Assembly (NCBI GenBank): GCA_965603825.1
Contig: CBFDEM010000018.1
Coordinates: 930,001 to 994,000, forward strand
Direction: 5' to 3'
From: Blepharisma stoltei ATCC 30299
Taxonomy: Eukaryota; Protista; Ciliophora
Length of the DNA: 64,000 bases
In this document: positions 44,898 to 56,078 of the stretch, one piece after another
How the letters are laid out: each line of letters opens with the position of its first letter
Numbering within the stretch: position 1 is the first letter of the stretch
Made by a program: the position numbers and the translations under genes
The notes under the pieces: generated by a model
Database searches by the model: none
What the model was told of the DNA's origin: nothing
The model's input: only the letters and a program-made list of their open reading frames with translations

Positions 44898-47207
44898 TTA
44901 TTGGCAGTAATTATGATACGCACGTTTTAAAGAGTCATAATCAATTTTAGCATGTCCTTGTGGGAATAATTCTCTTATTAGCTCATTGCTTTCAGTAGTT
45001 GAGAGTGGGTAATCTAGCATTTTATTAAACCCTTTTACAGTTTCGTCCTTTGATATTAAGCAATCCTTATTTCTATCAAAAATCTGAGTATATACCTTTA
45101 TAAAAGCTATGTTATGTGCTTCCATATATTGATCCATTGCTTTAAATAAGGTTGATACACTTCTTTGGCTGGTTTTTGTATATGCCTGAATGTCAAAGCT
45201 CATATCATATTTTCTAAAAAGTTCCAAAAACTCATTATATGAAATTCTATCATCGCCTGAAGTATCCACAATTGATAAAAGTGCTTCTACTTCATCATCA
45301 CTGATATCAAATTTCATTTGACGTAAAACCCTTGCGAATTCTTGCTTTGATATATACCCATCATTGTCAGTGTCAAATACCTTGAAAGCATCATATAAAT
45401 TGATTCCGCTAGATTTAATAGCGTTTACTACAATTTCCAGAATATTTCTTCTTTGGGGAGCGCTTCCTCTGGATTTTCCTTTTTCTGGGGCTGGAGGGAT
45501 AGAATCTTGATTGCTGATTACGTCTAAAAATTCATTGTAACTTATTAAGCAGTCTTTATTTCTATCAATTTCGTTGAAAATCTGCTCAATTTCGAGACTT
45601 GTGGCTGCTAATTTAAACCCTGAGCAGATTTTTTTGAATTCTTCTATAGAAACGACTCCATCTCTGTTTATATCAAACATCTGGAACATATCATAAGGCG
45701 AAATCCCGCTTGTTTTCATCATTCTTTTGAAGACATTTATAGAATTGCCAGTTGGCTGTATAAACTCAATAAATTCATGCAAAGAGATCATTCCGTCTTT
45801 GTTGAGGTCTGCAGCTTCTATGAGAGCTTCAATGTCTTGAGTTTTTAAATCTAAATTTAAATGTCTTAAAGCTGATCTAAATTCATCAATATTAAGCTGG
45901 CCATTAATATCATGGTCAAATGCTCTAAAATAAGCACCTATTGTAGTGCCTTTATATTGAAGCTGAGACTGGATATGCTCTCTTAGGATTGAAAGAGGCG
46001 GCATTGGATTTGGGTCTACATACACTCTATTATTTGAATTATTTGAAATGTAATTCCTGTGATCAAAATTCCCTTCCATTGCATCACAAAATCCTTGATA
46101 ATCCAAGTAACCTCTTGGATTCTTAGGCAAATAGTCCCACAAGCACTCAATTTCTTTTAAAGTTAATCCCAAGTTCATTTTTTGGAAAACTTTAAAAAAT
46201 TCTTGCATGGAAATTTGATTGTCTCTATTTTCATCAAAAACTCTGAAAGCATGGACTAAAGTGACTTGGCTGTCTTTAATAATATTTCCAACTCTGATAA
46301 AAATAGATGCTGGATTAAACTCAGCTGGGATTAAATATCTTTGGTGAATTATGTCACAAAAAGTCCTGTAGTCAATCATCCCAATTCCTCTGGGGTCAAA
46401 ATATGTATAGATTTTATCAATTTCATCATCCCTCAATCCAAGCCTCATTATTTTAAATGTTTCTTTAAATTCTGAAGCAGATATAATTCCATCCTTATTG
46501 CTATCAAATGCTTCAAAAGTTTGCCAAATGCTGAGATTTTTTTCTTGAATTCTTTCTCTAACCCTATTAAGCACATTTTCTTTCCACTGTTCAAATTCAG
46601 CAGGATTCATTATGCTTTGGTCTAAATTAGAGAACAATTCACAAAAAATCTGTTTCGTAATTCCTCCTTGAGCGAGGTCACATTTATTGATGAATGTTTG
46701 TATTTCCTCTTCAGAAAGACAAAGATTGAGTCTATTCGTTAAAGCTTCTCTTATTTGGTTTGGAGACAAAATCCCAGCATTTTCCATGTCGAAAAATAAA
46801 AAAGCATTAATTGTGTTTAATTGGCGATTTCTTAAAGCATTTTCAATTTTTTGAAAGACTGCTACTTCATTTGGAAGAATTTCCTGCAAATTACCCTGCT
46901 TTGGAGGAAGACCCAGATGATATGAATGCTCAGGCATTGGAATATTATATGCAGGATTATTGCTTGGATAATACAGATCTCTATCTTTTAATGTATGGCT
47001 CATTGAATCTTGCCTATAATTTTGATTTTCTTCATATCCTGTGGTTGTTTTGGAATACTTCAAATCAGGCAAAGAGTACTCGAAATTATTAGGAGAATGC
47101 TCTGGGTATGTAGGATCATAATCACGAAATTGAGGAGGCCTTTGTGCGTTACCACTTCGGTGTTGGAGTTTATTTACATCACGATATCCATCATAAGAGC
47201 CAGCCAT
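44898..47207 (-). CDS. Multi-EF-hand calcium-binding protein (about 14 EF-hands), 769 aa
   Basis: Loops include DSNKDGIISASEF, DENRDNQISMQEF, DLNKDGMISLHEF, DINRDGVVSIEEF, DTDNDGYISKQEF, DTSGDDRISYNEF. Confidence 0.9.
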   Translation of the reverse strand: MAGSYDGYRDVNKLQHRSGNAQRPPQFRDYDPTYPEHSPNNFEYSLPDLKYSKTTTGYEENQNYRQDSMSHTLKDRDLYYPSNNPAYNIPMPEHSYHLGLPPKQGNLQEILPNEVAVFQKIENALRNRQLNTINAFLFFDMENAGILSPNQIREALTNRLNLCLSEEEIQTFINKCDLAQGGITKQIFCELFSNLDQSIMNPAEFEQWKENVLNRVRERIQEKNLSIWQTFEAFDSNKDGIISASEFKETFKIMRLGLRDDEIDKIYTYFDPRGIGMIDYRTFCDIIHQRYLIPAEFNPASIFIRVGNIIKDSQVTLVHAFRVFDENRDNQISMQEFFKVFQKMNLGLTLKEIECLWDYLPKNPRGYLDYQGFCDAMEGNFDHRNYISNNSNNRVYVDPNPMPPLSILREHIQSQLQYKGTTIGAYFRAFDHDINGQLNIDEFRSALRHLNLDLKTQDIEALIEAADLNKDGMISLHEFIEFIQPTGNSINVFKRMMKTSGISPYDMFQMFDINRDGVVSIEEFKKICSGFKLAATSLEIEQIFNEIDRNKDCLISYNEFLDVISNQDSIPPAPEKGKSRGSAPQRRNILEIVVNAIKSSGINLYDAFKVFDTDNDGYISKQEFARVLRQMKFDISDDEVEALLSIVDTSGDDRISYNEFLELFRKYDMSFDIQAYTKTSQRSVSTLFKAMDQYMEAHNIAFIKVYTQIFDRNKDCLISKDETVKGFNKMLDYPLSTTESNELIRELFPQGHAKIDYDSLKRAYHNYCQ

Positions 47208-47250
47208 TTTATTATTGCTTCAAATAAATTAAAATGAGTTCTGGAAGATT

Positions 47251-48304
47251 TTATACAAAGCTAATTAGCAAAGGCACCCCACTATCACCTCCAGTTATTA
47301 ATTTTCTTCTTCCAGGAGTTGTGGCAATACAATTAATACCACCTTGATTATCAGCCCCAAAGCCAAATGTGACTTCTTCAGTGTCTGTATTAAAAACAAT
47401 TACATTGCCATCTGAACAGCCAACAGCTACTAAATTTTCAAATAATTCGCCACAGAGGATTTGGCCTGGTGCATTCATTTTACTTCTAACCCTAAAGTTC
47501 ATAAAAGCGTCTAGGACGTTTACTGCTTTATCAGAGCTCCCTGTTACAAGGGTATTACTTAAGCTAGGCATTATGAAGTTGATTGCTCCACCATGGACTT
47601 GGGAATTGAAAACAGGTGAAGAGGTCCTCATGTCTGTAATAGCGACTTTTCCGTCTTTCCCTCCAGCTGAAGCAATAAAATTCATTTCCCCTCCATCTGA
47701 AGAAAGGCATACTTTATGTATTGCGCCATTATGAGGGACTGTTGATAGTACATTATTGCCTGTATTTATGTCCCAAAGAGTTAGCTGTCCTTGCCTATCT
47801 CCTGCAGCAACAAGAGAATTGTGCCATGCAAAATCCATGACAGGGCCGGAGCACTGCATTCTTTGTAACACGTTAATTCTATGCAAATCCCACACTATTA
47901 GTGTTTTATCATAGCTTGCAGATATTCCGATGTCATTTTCATCTGTTGCAACTTTAGATATCGATGCCTGATGCTGGTTAAGGTTTTCGCATCTTACTAC
48001 TCTTCGATCTCATAAGCATAATGACCCATCCATAGATCCAGAAAGAATTCTATTATCTTTTAAAAAAGCACAGCAAGATACTCATTCCTGATGACCAAAG
48101 TTTTTATTGTAAAGCTGCCTCAGATGTGATCCGCGGTTTGTATCTCATACTCTAAGTCCATGATCAGCAGATGCTGTCACAGCTAGCTCGTTTTGAGTTG
48201 CTATGGCAAAAATCTGAAATAATATTTACAGAGCGATCGTGAGGAGGCCGAAGCTCTTTGTCGCTGACTGGGCCTGAGAGTCATGCAGGAGGGTAGCTTT
48301 CCAT
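47251..48304 (-). CDS. WD40-repeat protein; 1 intron
   Basis: ATG48304; TASADHGLRV-W-D, GHQE-W-VSC and SGSMDGSLCL-W-D use TGA (48145, 48082, 48010; also 48281); SASYDKTLIVWD. Confidence 0.88.
48214..48229 (-). other. 16-nt intron (GTAAATATTATTTCAG)
   Basis: Removal restores the frame between exon 1 (25 codons) and the WD repeats. Confidence 0.82.
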
Positions 48305-48396
48305 AATTTAAATAAAATAGCTATTTTTCTTTTTGCTTGATATAAACCTAATTGTTTTAATTAGCTTTTAAAAGAGAAATTTAATTAAAATTGTTA

Positions 48397-49227
48397 CTAA
48401 TAATCCTGCTCCATAGCATCTTCATTGATTTTGCTTTCAAGGTTTTCTCCATATTGAATACTCTGATCAATTTGGTATACCACATTTCTAATAGAGTCTT
48501 CATCTGATAAATCCAATGGTATAAATTGGACTAAATTAAACTCAGTCAGAACTTTTGCAATGGACTCTGTAAATGATTTAAATTTCGCAGAATACGCACT
48601 TTTAGCAATACCTAGTGCAATTTCACTTGGATCTGTATCAAGCATCTCTTCAAGTGATTCTTTATTAGATATTAAATCACATTTTGTCAATATGTTTGTG
48701 TGTGGGACTTCTAATTGATTCATGGCAGCTAAAGCCATTAAAGAAGCAGAAATATATTTTGTAGGGTCTGATAAAAATGTACAGTCAATGCAGTAAACTC
48801 CTCCAACACTAAATCCAATATCTTTAAGTGTCTTTACAAAGTCTTTCATAACTGTCATATGTGTATATAACTCTATTTGTCCAGGGCAGTCTATCAAAAT
48901 ATAATCATCATCTCCTAGCCCATCAAGCTGGTCACGCAGCCAATCTGTGTTTTCTATAAGATATCTGAGTAAATCTTACTCTATAGCTGTCACTAAGCCT
49001 CCATTAGGGCCTAATTCGAGTTCTTGCATAACATCATCAAGTGTGACTAGCTCTCGGATATCAATATCACAGCGATATTTAAAGTACTCAGCAGCCGGAT
49101 CTAAATTCATCACTCTTACGGTCCTGCCAAGTGTATCAGCATGCTGTTGGATTATATTGCAATACATTGACTTCCCAGACCCAGCTGGACCCATCACTAT
49201 TTGTGCATATCGAAAATATTGAGTCAT
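48397..49227 (-). CDS. GPN3: GPN-loop GTPase 3; 1 intron
   Basis: [45 protein letters not shown]. Confidence 0.92.
48965..48979 (-). other. 15-nt intron (GTAAGATTTACTCAG)
   Basis: Removes an in-frame TAA and gives GGLVTAIE|YLIENTDWL. Confidence 0.9.
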
Positions 49228-49260
49228 TATAATTTTTATTAGGAAATATCACATTATAAT

Positions 49261-51733
49261 CTAATGAAAAGCAGGTCTACGCTGAGAGCCAGGGATAGGT
49301 GCCGGCTTGCTTGTGTCTTTTTCCATAAGCAATTTGTATAAATTTTTAGCCAAAAATGCAGCAGGGCTTGGTTTTTCTTGAAGCTGTGCTGATGTGTTGA
49401 CTTTCAGGAATTTTTTGGTATTGTTTGTATATCTCAGTCTATTTCTGCCTTCGCTGCTTTGTTGTCGTTCTCTTTTTGGTTTTACTTGATGCATATTACT
49501 GAACGCTCCTTTTTGCATCTTTAAGTCATAGTTCTGATCTCGCTTAGAAGGAGATGAAGACTTTGCTGGAACTTGTGAAAATGACCTTAATGAGGTAGCG
49601 GCTACTGCAACTTTTTGTGAAATTTTTGTGTCTTCAGGTGTTTTTTCGCTAGGGTAGTTTTCGAGAAAGCGGATAGTTTCTATATTTGGGGAGGTTGGCC
49701 GAGATCTTGACTGGCTTCTTCTCCTTTCAGTTCTAGCTTGATCAAGATCAGAAATATTGCATTTTATTGGGGTTCTACTTCTATAAATCACTGGGGAGTT
49801 TGAAGAAGACAAAGGGGCAGGAGACCTCTGACGACTTTTTCGTTCGCTTCTTGCTTGCTCTAATTTTGTGGCAGCATGCTTAACAGTTTTATTTGATTGG
49901 CAAAGACTTGGTTTGGGATCTTCGAGTTCTCTGGAAAAACTGTGTGACTCAGGAGTTCGAAATTCAGGAGAATTAGCTTGCTTTGTTCAAGGTGGCGAAT
50001 CATGTTCTGGGATTTCAAATTTATTGATAATCTCTTTCAAGTTTATTATTTCGCTTTGCAAGCTTGCAATTATGGTGTCTTTTTGTTTACTTTCATGCTT
50101 GGCTTTGAGCATTTCCTCTTTATATGACATGTTTTCTACTTGCAAATTGAGTCTTTGCATCCTAGAGCTTCTCAATTTTATCTGCAGCTCCAAAATATCT
50201 CTTTTCTTATCTTTATTTAATTCCCCAGCCAATTGCATTAATCTCGTTTTTTCTTGTATATTTTGATGCAAGTTTGCCAGTAACTCTTTTCTTGTATCCT
50301 CATTTTCTTTAATAATTTGATTAATTGTCGCTATATATGAATCTTTATTATCATTTTTTTCTTCTAAGGCAGATTTTAATAGAGCTTTATTTTTTTCATT
50401 CAGGGCTTCAATTTCTTTGACGTTTTTCTTAATATCCCAGTGCTCTTCAAAGTTGGCTTGCAATTGGCTTTGTAAATCGTAATATATTTCTTCTTGCAAG
50501 CTTTTTTCTTCATCAGCATTTTCTTCTATTGAAATATTTGGAGTCTTTTGGTAAGCCAATTTCCAGTTGCTTTCGTCTCGTTTGAGCTGCATTGACAAAA
50601 ATTCTATTTCTTGTCGGAGGCTTGATATGATTTCTTTATACTCAGAAACGTGAGCTTCCACTTCGGATATATTTTGAGAGGTTTTATTTATGATTTTACG
50701 AGCTCTCTCAGCGTACTTTAAAGTATTCAGCGTTTCGTCAATATAATGAAGAGAAGGCGAAATGCAGGCTATCATAATTGTTTTAGTGTTTCCTCCTAGA
50801 GCTTCTTTTAAAATTCTAGTAAGCTTTGAATCTCTGTATGGGACAAATTTACCTTTTTTTCTAGAATCGCTTAAGATGTTAATACAGTTTACGAGAGCCA
50901 ATAATGATCGATTTATGTTTCCACCTTCAATAGACCTAAGAGCTCCTCTACTTTCAGTAGCTGATATTTTTTCACTTCCAGCCAAATCGATTAAAAATAG
51001 CTTGGAATATATTATCTCTTCGATAACATTTCTAAAATTTGAATTCTTTTCGATAGATATTTGAAGAATGACATGTGAACGAGTTGATGCATGATTGGCA
51101 TCTGTATAAGCGATAACTCTTTTAGAGTCGCCTTCTTGAATTAGCTGTGAAGCATACTGATTATCATCAATTTGATACTCACTGATACCAGAAAGAATGG
51201 TACCTTTTAGGGGATCTTCGATAACTAAGATATTTCTTGACTTTTCATTCAATAAATCTATAACTTTTTCGTTATAGATTTCAAAATAACTTATTTTTAT
51301 TGTTATATGGTTCTTATCGGATTTTGATCTTGAAAATAAATCCTCTATAGCTAATAAAGATAACCCCGGATCTCTCGTATGAGTGCATGGGTCGCCTATC
51401 ATTGTAAATGTTTTTCCAGCCCCAGTCATCCCATAAGCAAAACAAGTAGCATTAAATCCATTTAGCACACCTCCAATAATAGGATAAAGCGTTTCCTGAT
51501 AGATGTGATTATTTCTGTGATTTTCTGAAAAAATCCTATCAAATGTATAACAATGATTTTTTTTATGATTTCACCTCTTTTCTGTTATTAAAATCTATAT
51601 AGGACATTACAGTAGAATCGTGAATTTTCAGCTTATGAGACCTGCTTTTATTATTTTGCGGGGAATTTTCTCTGTCAAGTAATGGTCTCACTCTTATAAA
51701 TACTTTAAATGCACTTTCTTCATCTTTATTCAT
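49261..51733 (-). CDS. Kinesin with N-terminal motor (kinesin-8/KIF18-19-like); 1 intron
   Basis: KVFIRVRPL, YTFDRIF, FAYGMTGAGKT, STRSH, LIDLAGSE, NINRSLLALVNCINIL, VPYRDSKLTR; TGA51571 and TGA49987 read as Trp, joining tail ORF 49261-49812. Confidence 0.9.
51595..51610 (-). other. 16-nt intron (GTAATGTCCTATATAG)
   Basis: Removal puts the VRP exon in frame with the motor domain. Confidence 0.85.
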
Positions 51734-51801
51734 AATATATCTCTAATTAAATTCAACATATATAAAGAGAAGTATTTTGATATGTTTAAAACATTATTAA
51801 G

Positions 51802-52554
51802 CTACTTATTTTCAATATCATTGAATCTCTGTGAAAGGAAAAGCTTTTTGGAGTAGCTTGGACTTGGGAAATTTTTAAAATTGTAGTTCTTAGGGATACT
51901 TTTGCATATTTTTGGCCTGGGAATTCGATTTTTACGAATTGGAGGGATCCCATAGCCGGATTTTTCTTTCGTTGCTAGTCCTCTGGGAGTCAATATAAGG
52001 TCATCAATGTTTCTCTCTTTTCTATATCGATTTTCAATATGTGAAAAGCATCGAGTTTGTGTTTCTTCAATGAAATCATTGCGGTTTTCGCATTCTGAAT
52101 TTTTTGAAAATTTATATTTCAGTAAATTATCTTCTGTAATATGATGCTTTTTAGGGCTTTCTTCTAGCTCAACAGGCTGCTCTATAATCCCTGTCGATTT
52201 TTTGATAGTAGACCTACCATTTCTGTTTTCAGTTAAAATGAAACTATAACTCTCTTTAGAGCATTTTAAATCTTCATCGTCACTGCTGTTCTCAGTAGAC
52301 AAACTCGTATCAGTTTCTTTTGTGGCAACTTTAATGAGTCTTGGCTTCAATTTCTTAGCAAATAAGTGCAAACGTTGCTTTATTTGAGAAATTTCTTGGT
52401 TGAGATTGAAGGAATTAGAGAAAAAGTGGCAATTTGATGATGAGCTCGGTCTTGAAGTAAATGGAGCGTGAGAGCAGCTAATTTTTGGAGGAGAATCAGA
52501 AGAAGATTGGCTTCTTGGAAGAATAGGTTGGAAAGATCTGTGAATAAAACTCAT
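51802..52554 (-). CDS. Hypothetical Ser/Lys-rich protein, 250 aa
   Basis: ATG to TAG ORF between AT-rich spacers; no domain recognised. Confidence 0.65.
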   Translation of the reverse strand: MSFIHRSFQPILPRSQSSSDSPPKISCSHAPFTSRPSSSSNCHFFSNSFNLNQEISQIKQRLHLFAKKLKPRLIKVATKETDTSLSTENSSDDEDLKCSKESYSFILTENRNGRSTIKKSTGIIEQPVELEESPKKHHITEDNLLKYKFSKNSECENRNDFIEETQTRCFSHIENRYRKERNIDDLILTPRGLATKEKSGYGIPPIRKNRIPRPKICKSIPKNYNFKNFPSPSYSKKLFLSQRFNDIENK

Positions 52555-53017
52555 ATATGTCTGTTAAAAATCTAAAGAATTAAAGTAATGACATGCAATT
52601 TAAATGAATTTTAATTTAATATGAACAGTCGACAAAAAATTTTACTATCATTAAAGAGTTTTGAATGCGTAAGTGTCATTTTACAGTTATAAATTATAGG
52701 ATTCAATGCCTAGAAGATGATAACAAAAAATATTTGTATTGAGGAAGCATTTATAAGAAAATATCTTATGGCTGTTATAAAATTAAAAAACTAGGAGATT
52801 TAATGAGCAACCTATTATTTGAGCATCTAAATGATACTAATCTAACTATGATAAAAAATTTTTTAGACATAAAATTATCATCTTAAAATATATGTATGAA
52901 TCAAGTCACTAAAGAGCTCGTTTTGCATCTTAAAAGCTAAAATCATTTCGATTATAATAATACTAAAGCATCCTATTTATTCACTTTTAATTCCTTATAA
53001 GTTGAATAAATAAATAT

Positions 53018-54040
53018 ATGAATTCCCCTTTAGGAATAACTTGTCATGCTTGGAATAATATCCGAACCCAAATTGTTGTAGCTACCAACTCAAGTGTGCT
53101 TGAAATTTACCAAGTGCGTGGCGAAGAATGGGACAAGCTCTATGAGCTTAAAGAGCATAACCAATTAGTAAGTGCTGTTGACTGGCACCCGATCACAAAT
53201 AGGATCATTTCTTGTTCTCACGACCGTAATGTAGTCGTATGGGAGTTCGCACAAGAGTGGAAACCAAACCTAGTCAACTTTTATCAAAACAGAGCTGTCT
53301 TAGACGTGTCTTGGAGCGCAAGAGGAGATAAATTCGCAGTTGGGACAGGCTCGAAGCTTGTTGGAGTTGGATTTCCTAGCCAAGTATTGCAAGGCTGGAC
53401 AACTAAAAAGTCGAGATGCACCACTTCATCAGTAACTTGTATCAGATTCGACCCATCTGGATTAGTTGTCGCCGCCGGAAGTACCGATATGTCAATCGTG
53501 GTGATGACTGCTTATATCCCAGAAGTTGATAGCTCACAAACTGCATCAGGAAGGTTCGCATCAATTAATACATTTGGAGATGTTATTTACAGTTTAGCAG
53601 CTGACGCATGGGTTAACTCTTTATGCTGGTCTCCTGATGCTACATGGATCGCTATTGCAACTCATAAGCCATCAATGATTTTCACAGATCTTCAGACACC
53701 TCAAAAAATTGACCTTAAAGGGAGACCTTTCTTGTCTACAACATTCATAGGCGAAAATAAAATAGTTGCAGGCGGATTTGATTTCCTTCCTGTTTCCTTT
53801 GAGCTTGCAGGCAATTCATGGAGAGAAGGGAAAAAATATGAGTCATTTGAAGAAGCAAAGGCACCAGCAGGAGGAGTCAAAAGCAGCTTCCAAATAATAA
53901 GAGACCAACTTGATCAGAAAAAAGGAAGAGCACAGCTAAGCACACGTCATAAAAACTTTATAACGTCTATCAGAGCAATTAACCAGTCAGGATTTTCAAC
54001 TTCTGATATTTTGGGGAATATTTACTTATGGACGTCTTAA
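53018..54040 (+). CDS. ARPC1: Arp2/3 complex subunit 1 (p41, WD40)
   Basis: GITCHAWNNIRTQI, LKEHNQLVSAVDWHPITNRIISCSHDRN, WKPNLV, KFAVGTGSK, AAGSTD, HKNFITSI. Confidence 0.9.
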   Translation: MNSPLGITCHAWNNIRTQIVVATNSSVLEIYQVRGEEWDKLYELKEHNQLVSAVDWHPITNRIISCSHDRNVVVWEFAQEWKPNLVNFYQNRAVLDVSWSARGDKFAVGTGSKLVGVGFPSQVLQGWTTKKSRCTTSSVTCIRFDPSGLVVAAGSTDMSIVVMTAYIPEVDSSQTASGRFASINTFGDVIYSLAADAWVNSLCWSPDATWIAIATHKPSMIFTDLQTPQKIDLKGRPFLSTTFIGENKIVAGGFDFLPVSFELAGNSWREGKKYESFEEAKAPAGGVKSSFQIIRDQLDQKKGRAQLSTRHKNFITSIRAINQSGFSTSDILGNIYLWTS

Positions 54041-54201
54041 TTAATTATTCTGAAAAAAATGAATCATTTCTGATAAATAAAACTTCATAAATTTATAAGT
54101 GGGATCAAAGTAGGTGCCTAATAATCCTGCATAAGAAAAATAGAGATATTATAAGAGATTTCCATATTTTTATTTAATAATTTTGAGATAAAATCATATT
54201 A

Positions 54202-56040
54202 ATGCTAAGATTTACCAAAAATCAATGTGAAACTCCTAAAGGAACTGCTAAGCAAGGAAAAACCGGAATAAGACCAAGCACAACTCGTGCAAGCTCAAGC
54301 AATTATAAATCATTTAATGTAAGCTCTCCTACTAGCAGTAGTCCAAAGCTCTTTACTTCTACTTTATTCCTAAATTCTGGCCTAAAATCAAGCCGAACTA
54401 TATCAAAAAATCAGCCAGCCAAGCCCCAGCCCAAATTAAAAGCAAAGCCCAGCCTAATAACTCACATTGGAAAATCTAATAGAAACTCTCCAGTACCAGT
54501 AAATGATAAAAAAGAGGTTCAGCGCTCGAAAATAAATATATCACTCAATAATTTATCAATCAATTCTGCTAATATAGACGCTAAAACGCCAAGCTTATCA
54601 ATGGCAAGACCTGAAATCTCTAAAGATCCCTATATTATGAATGAGAATCCCATGTCCTCAAAGTTAATTGTTGAAATTGAGCCTTCTAATGGGAATACAG
54701 AAAGAAATACTCAAAACTCCTGAGCAGATATTGAGCTGCCTACAACTCCTGGGACCGTGCTTAAACTATTTAAAGACAAGCTAACTGAGTATGAGCAGGG
54801 TGAAATCTTGATTTACAATAATATTTATTATTGCGGTATTAACTCAAAAAAAATAAAGCCAAATCCGAAATCGAATTTTAATTATGGCTATGATAATGAA
54901 AGTGGAGATTATGAAATAGTTTTAAATGACCATATTGCGTATAGATATGAAATCATTGAAATAATAGGGAAAGGCAGCTTTGGGCAGGTTTTAAAAGTAT
55001 ATGATTATAAGAGAAAGACATTATTAGCACTAAAAATGATTAAAAGCCAATCGAGGTTTCAGAAGCAAGCTGAAGTGGAAATCGAAGTTTTGAAATTTTT
55101 GAAGAAAAAGGACGAGAAGGACAATCACAATATTATTCATATCGAAAGCTACTTTACGTTTAGGCATCATATTGTAAGCTTTACTTAGTGCATGACTTTC
55201 GAGCTTTTAGGCAGCAATCTTTATGAATTTTTAAAGTTAACCAATTTTCAAGGTTTTTCATGCAATCTTATTAGGCGCTTCGGAATGCAAATACTCAAAG
55301 CGCTCAAATTAACTGAAAAAAATCAAATTGTGCACTGTGATCTAAAACCTGAAAATATTTTGCTAAAATGTTCAAATAGATCCCATATAAAAATAATTGA
55401 CTTTGGTTCATCATGCTTTATTGACAAACAAATATATACATATATTCAAAGCAGATTTTACCGAGCTCCTGAAATAATATTAGGCCTACCATATAGTTCT
55501 GCCATTGATATATGAAGTTTTGGCTGCATTTTAGTTGAATTATTTTTAGGAAGACCCCTTTTTCCAGGCGAAAATGAAGCTGATCAGCTGCTCTGCATAA
55601 TGGAAGTATTAGGAACCCCCAGCGAAGAATTATTATCAAGATCGACGAGGAAAAAAATGTTTTTTAGTGCAAATAACGAGCCTAAAATTTCTGCTAATTC
55701 AAGAGGGAAAAAAAGATATCCTCGCACAAGAGATCTGAGAGAAATATTGCGAGGAGCAGAAGTAGGTTTTATAGAGCTAATGTTGGCATGCTTAGAATGG
55801 GATCCTGATAAAAGAATTACTGCAAAAGAGGCCCTAAACCACCCATGATTTTCAGATGAAGGCATCTGTTCTATTACTAAAGTGAATTCTGTAAATAACA
55901 TTGCAACACTTAAAGGACAGACAGCAAGCGATCCATACAGAAGACGAGCGAGTGATCATATGATCCAAAATCCAAGTTTCCAGGTTAAGCTAACTGCAAG
56001 GAAAGTTGGAAAAGAATCTAGCCATTTTTACGAAAACTAA
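54202..56040 (+). CDS. DYRK-family kinase (DYRK2/4-like); 1 intron
   Basis: DH box [53 protein letters not shown](TGA55513)-SFGC, NHP-W(TGA55846); also TGA54721. Confidence 0.93.
55174..55188 (+). other. 15-nt intron (GTAAGCTTTACTTAG)
   Basis: Removes an in-frame TAG and gives the conserved FRHHI|CMTFELL. Confidence 0.92.
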
Positions 56041-56078
56041 AAAATAAAATAGGATTTTCAATGAAAAAAACCATTATC

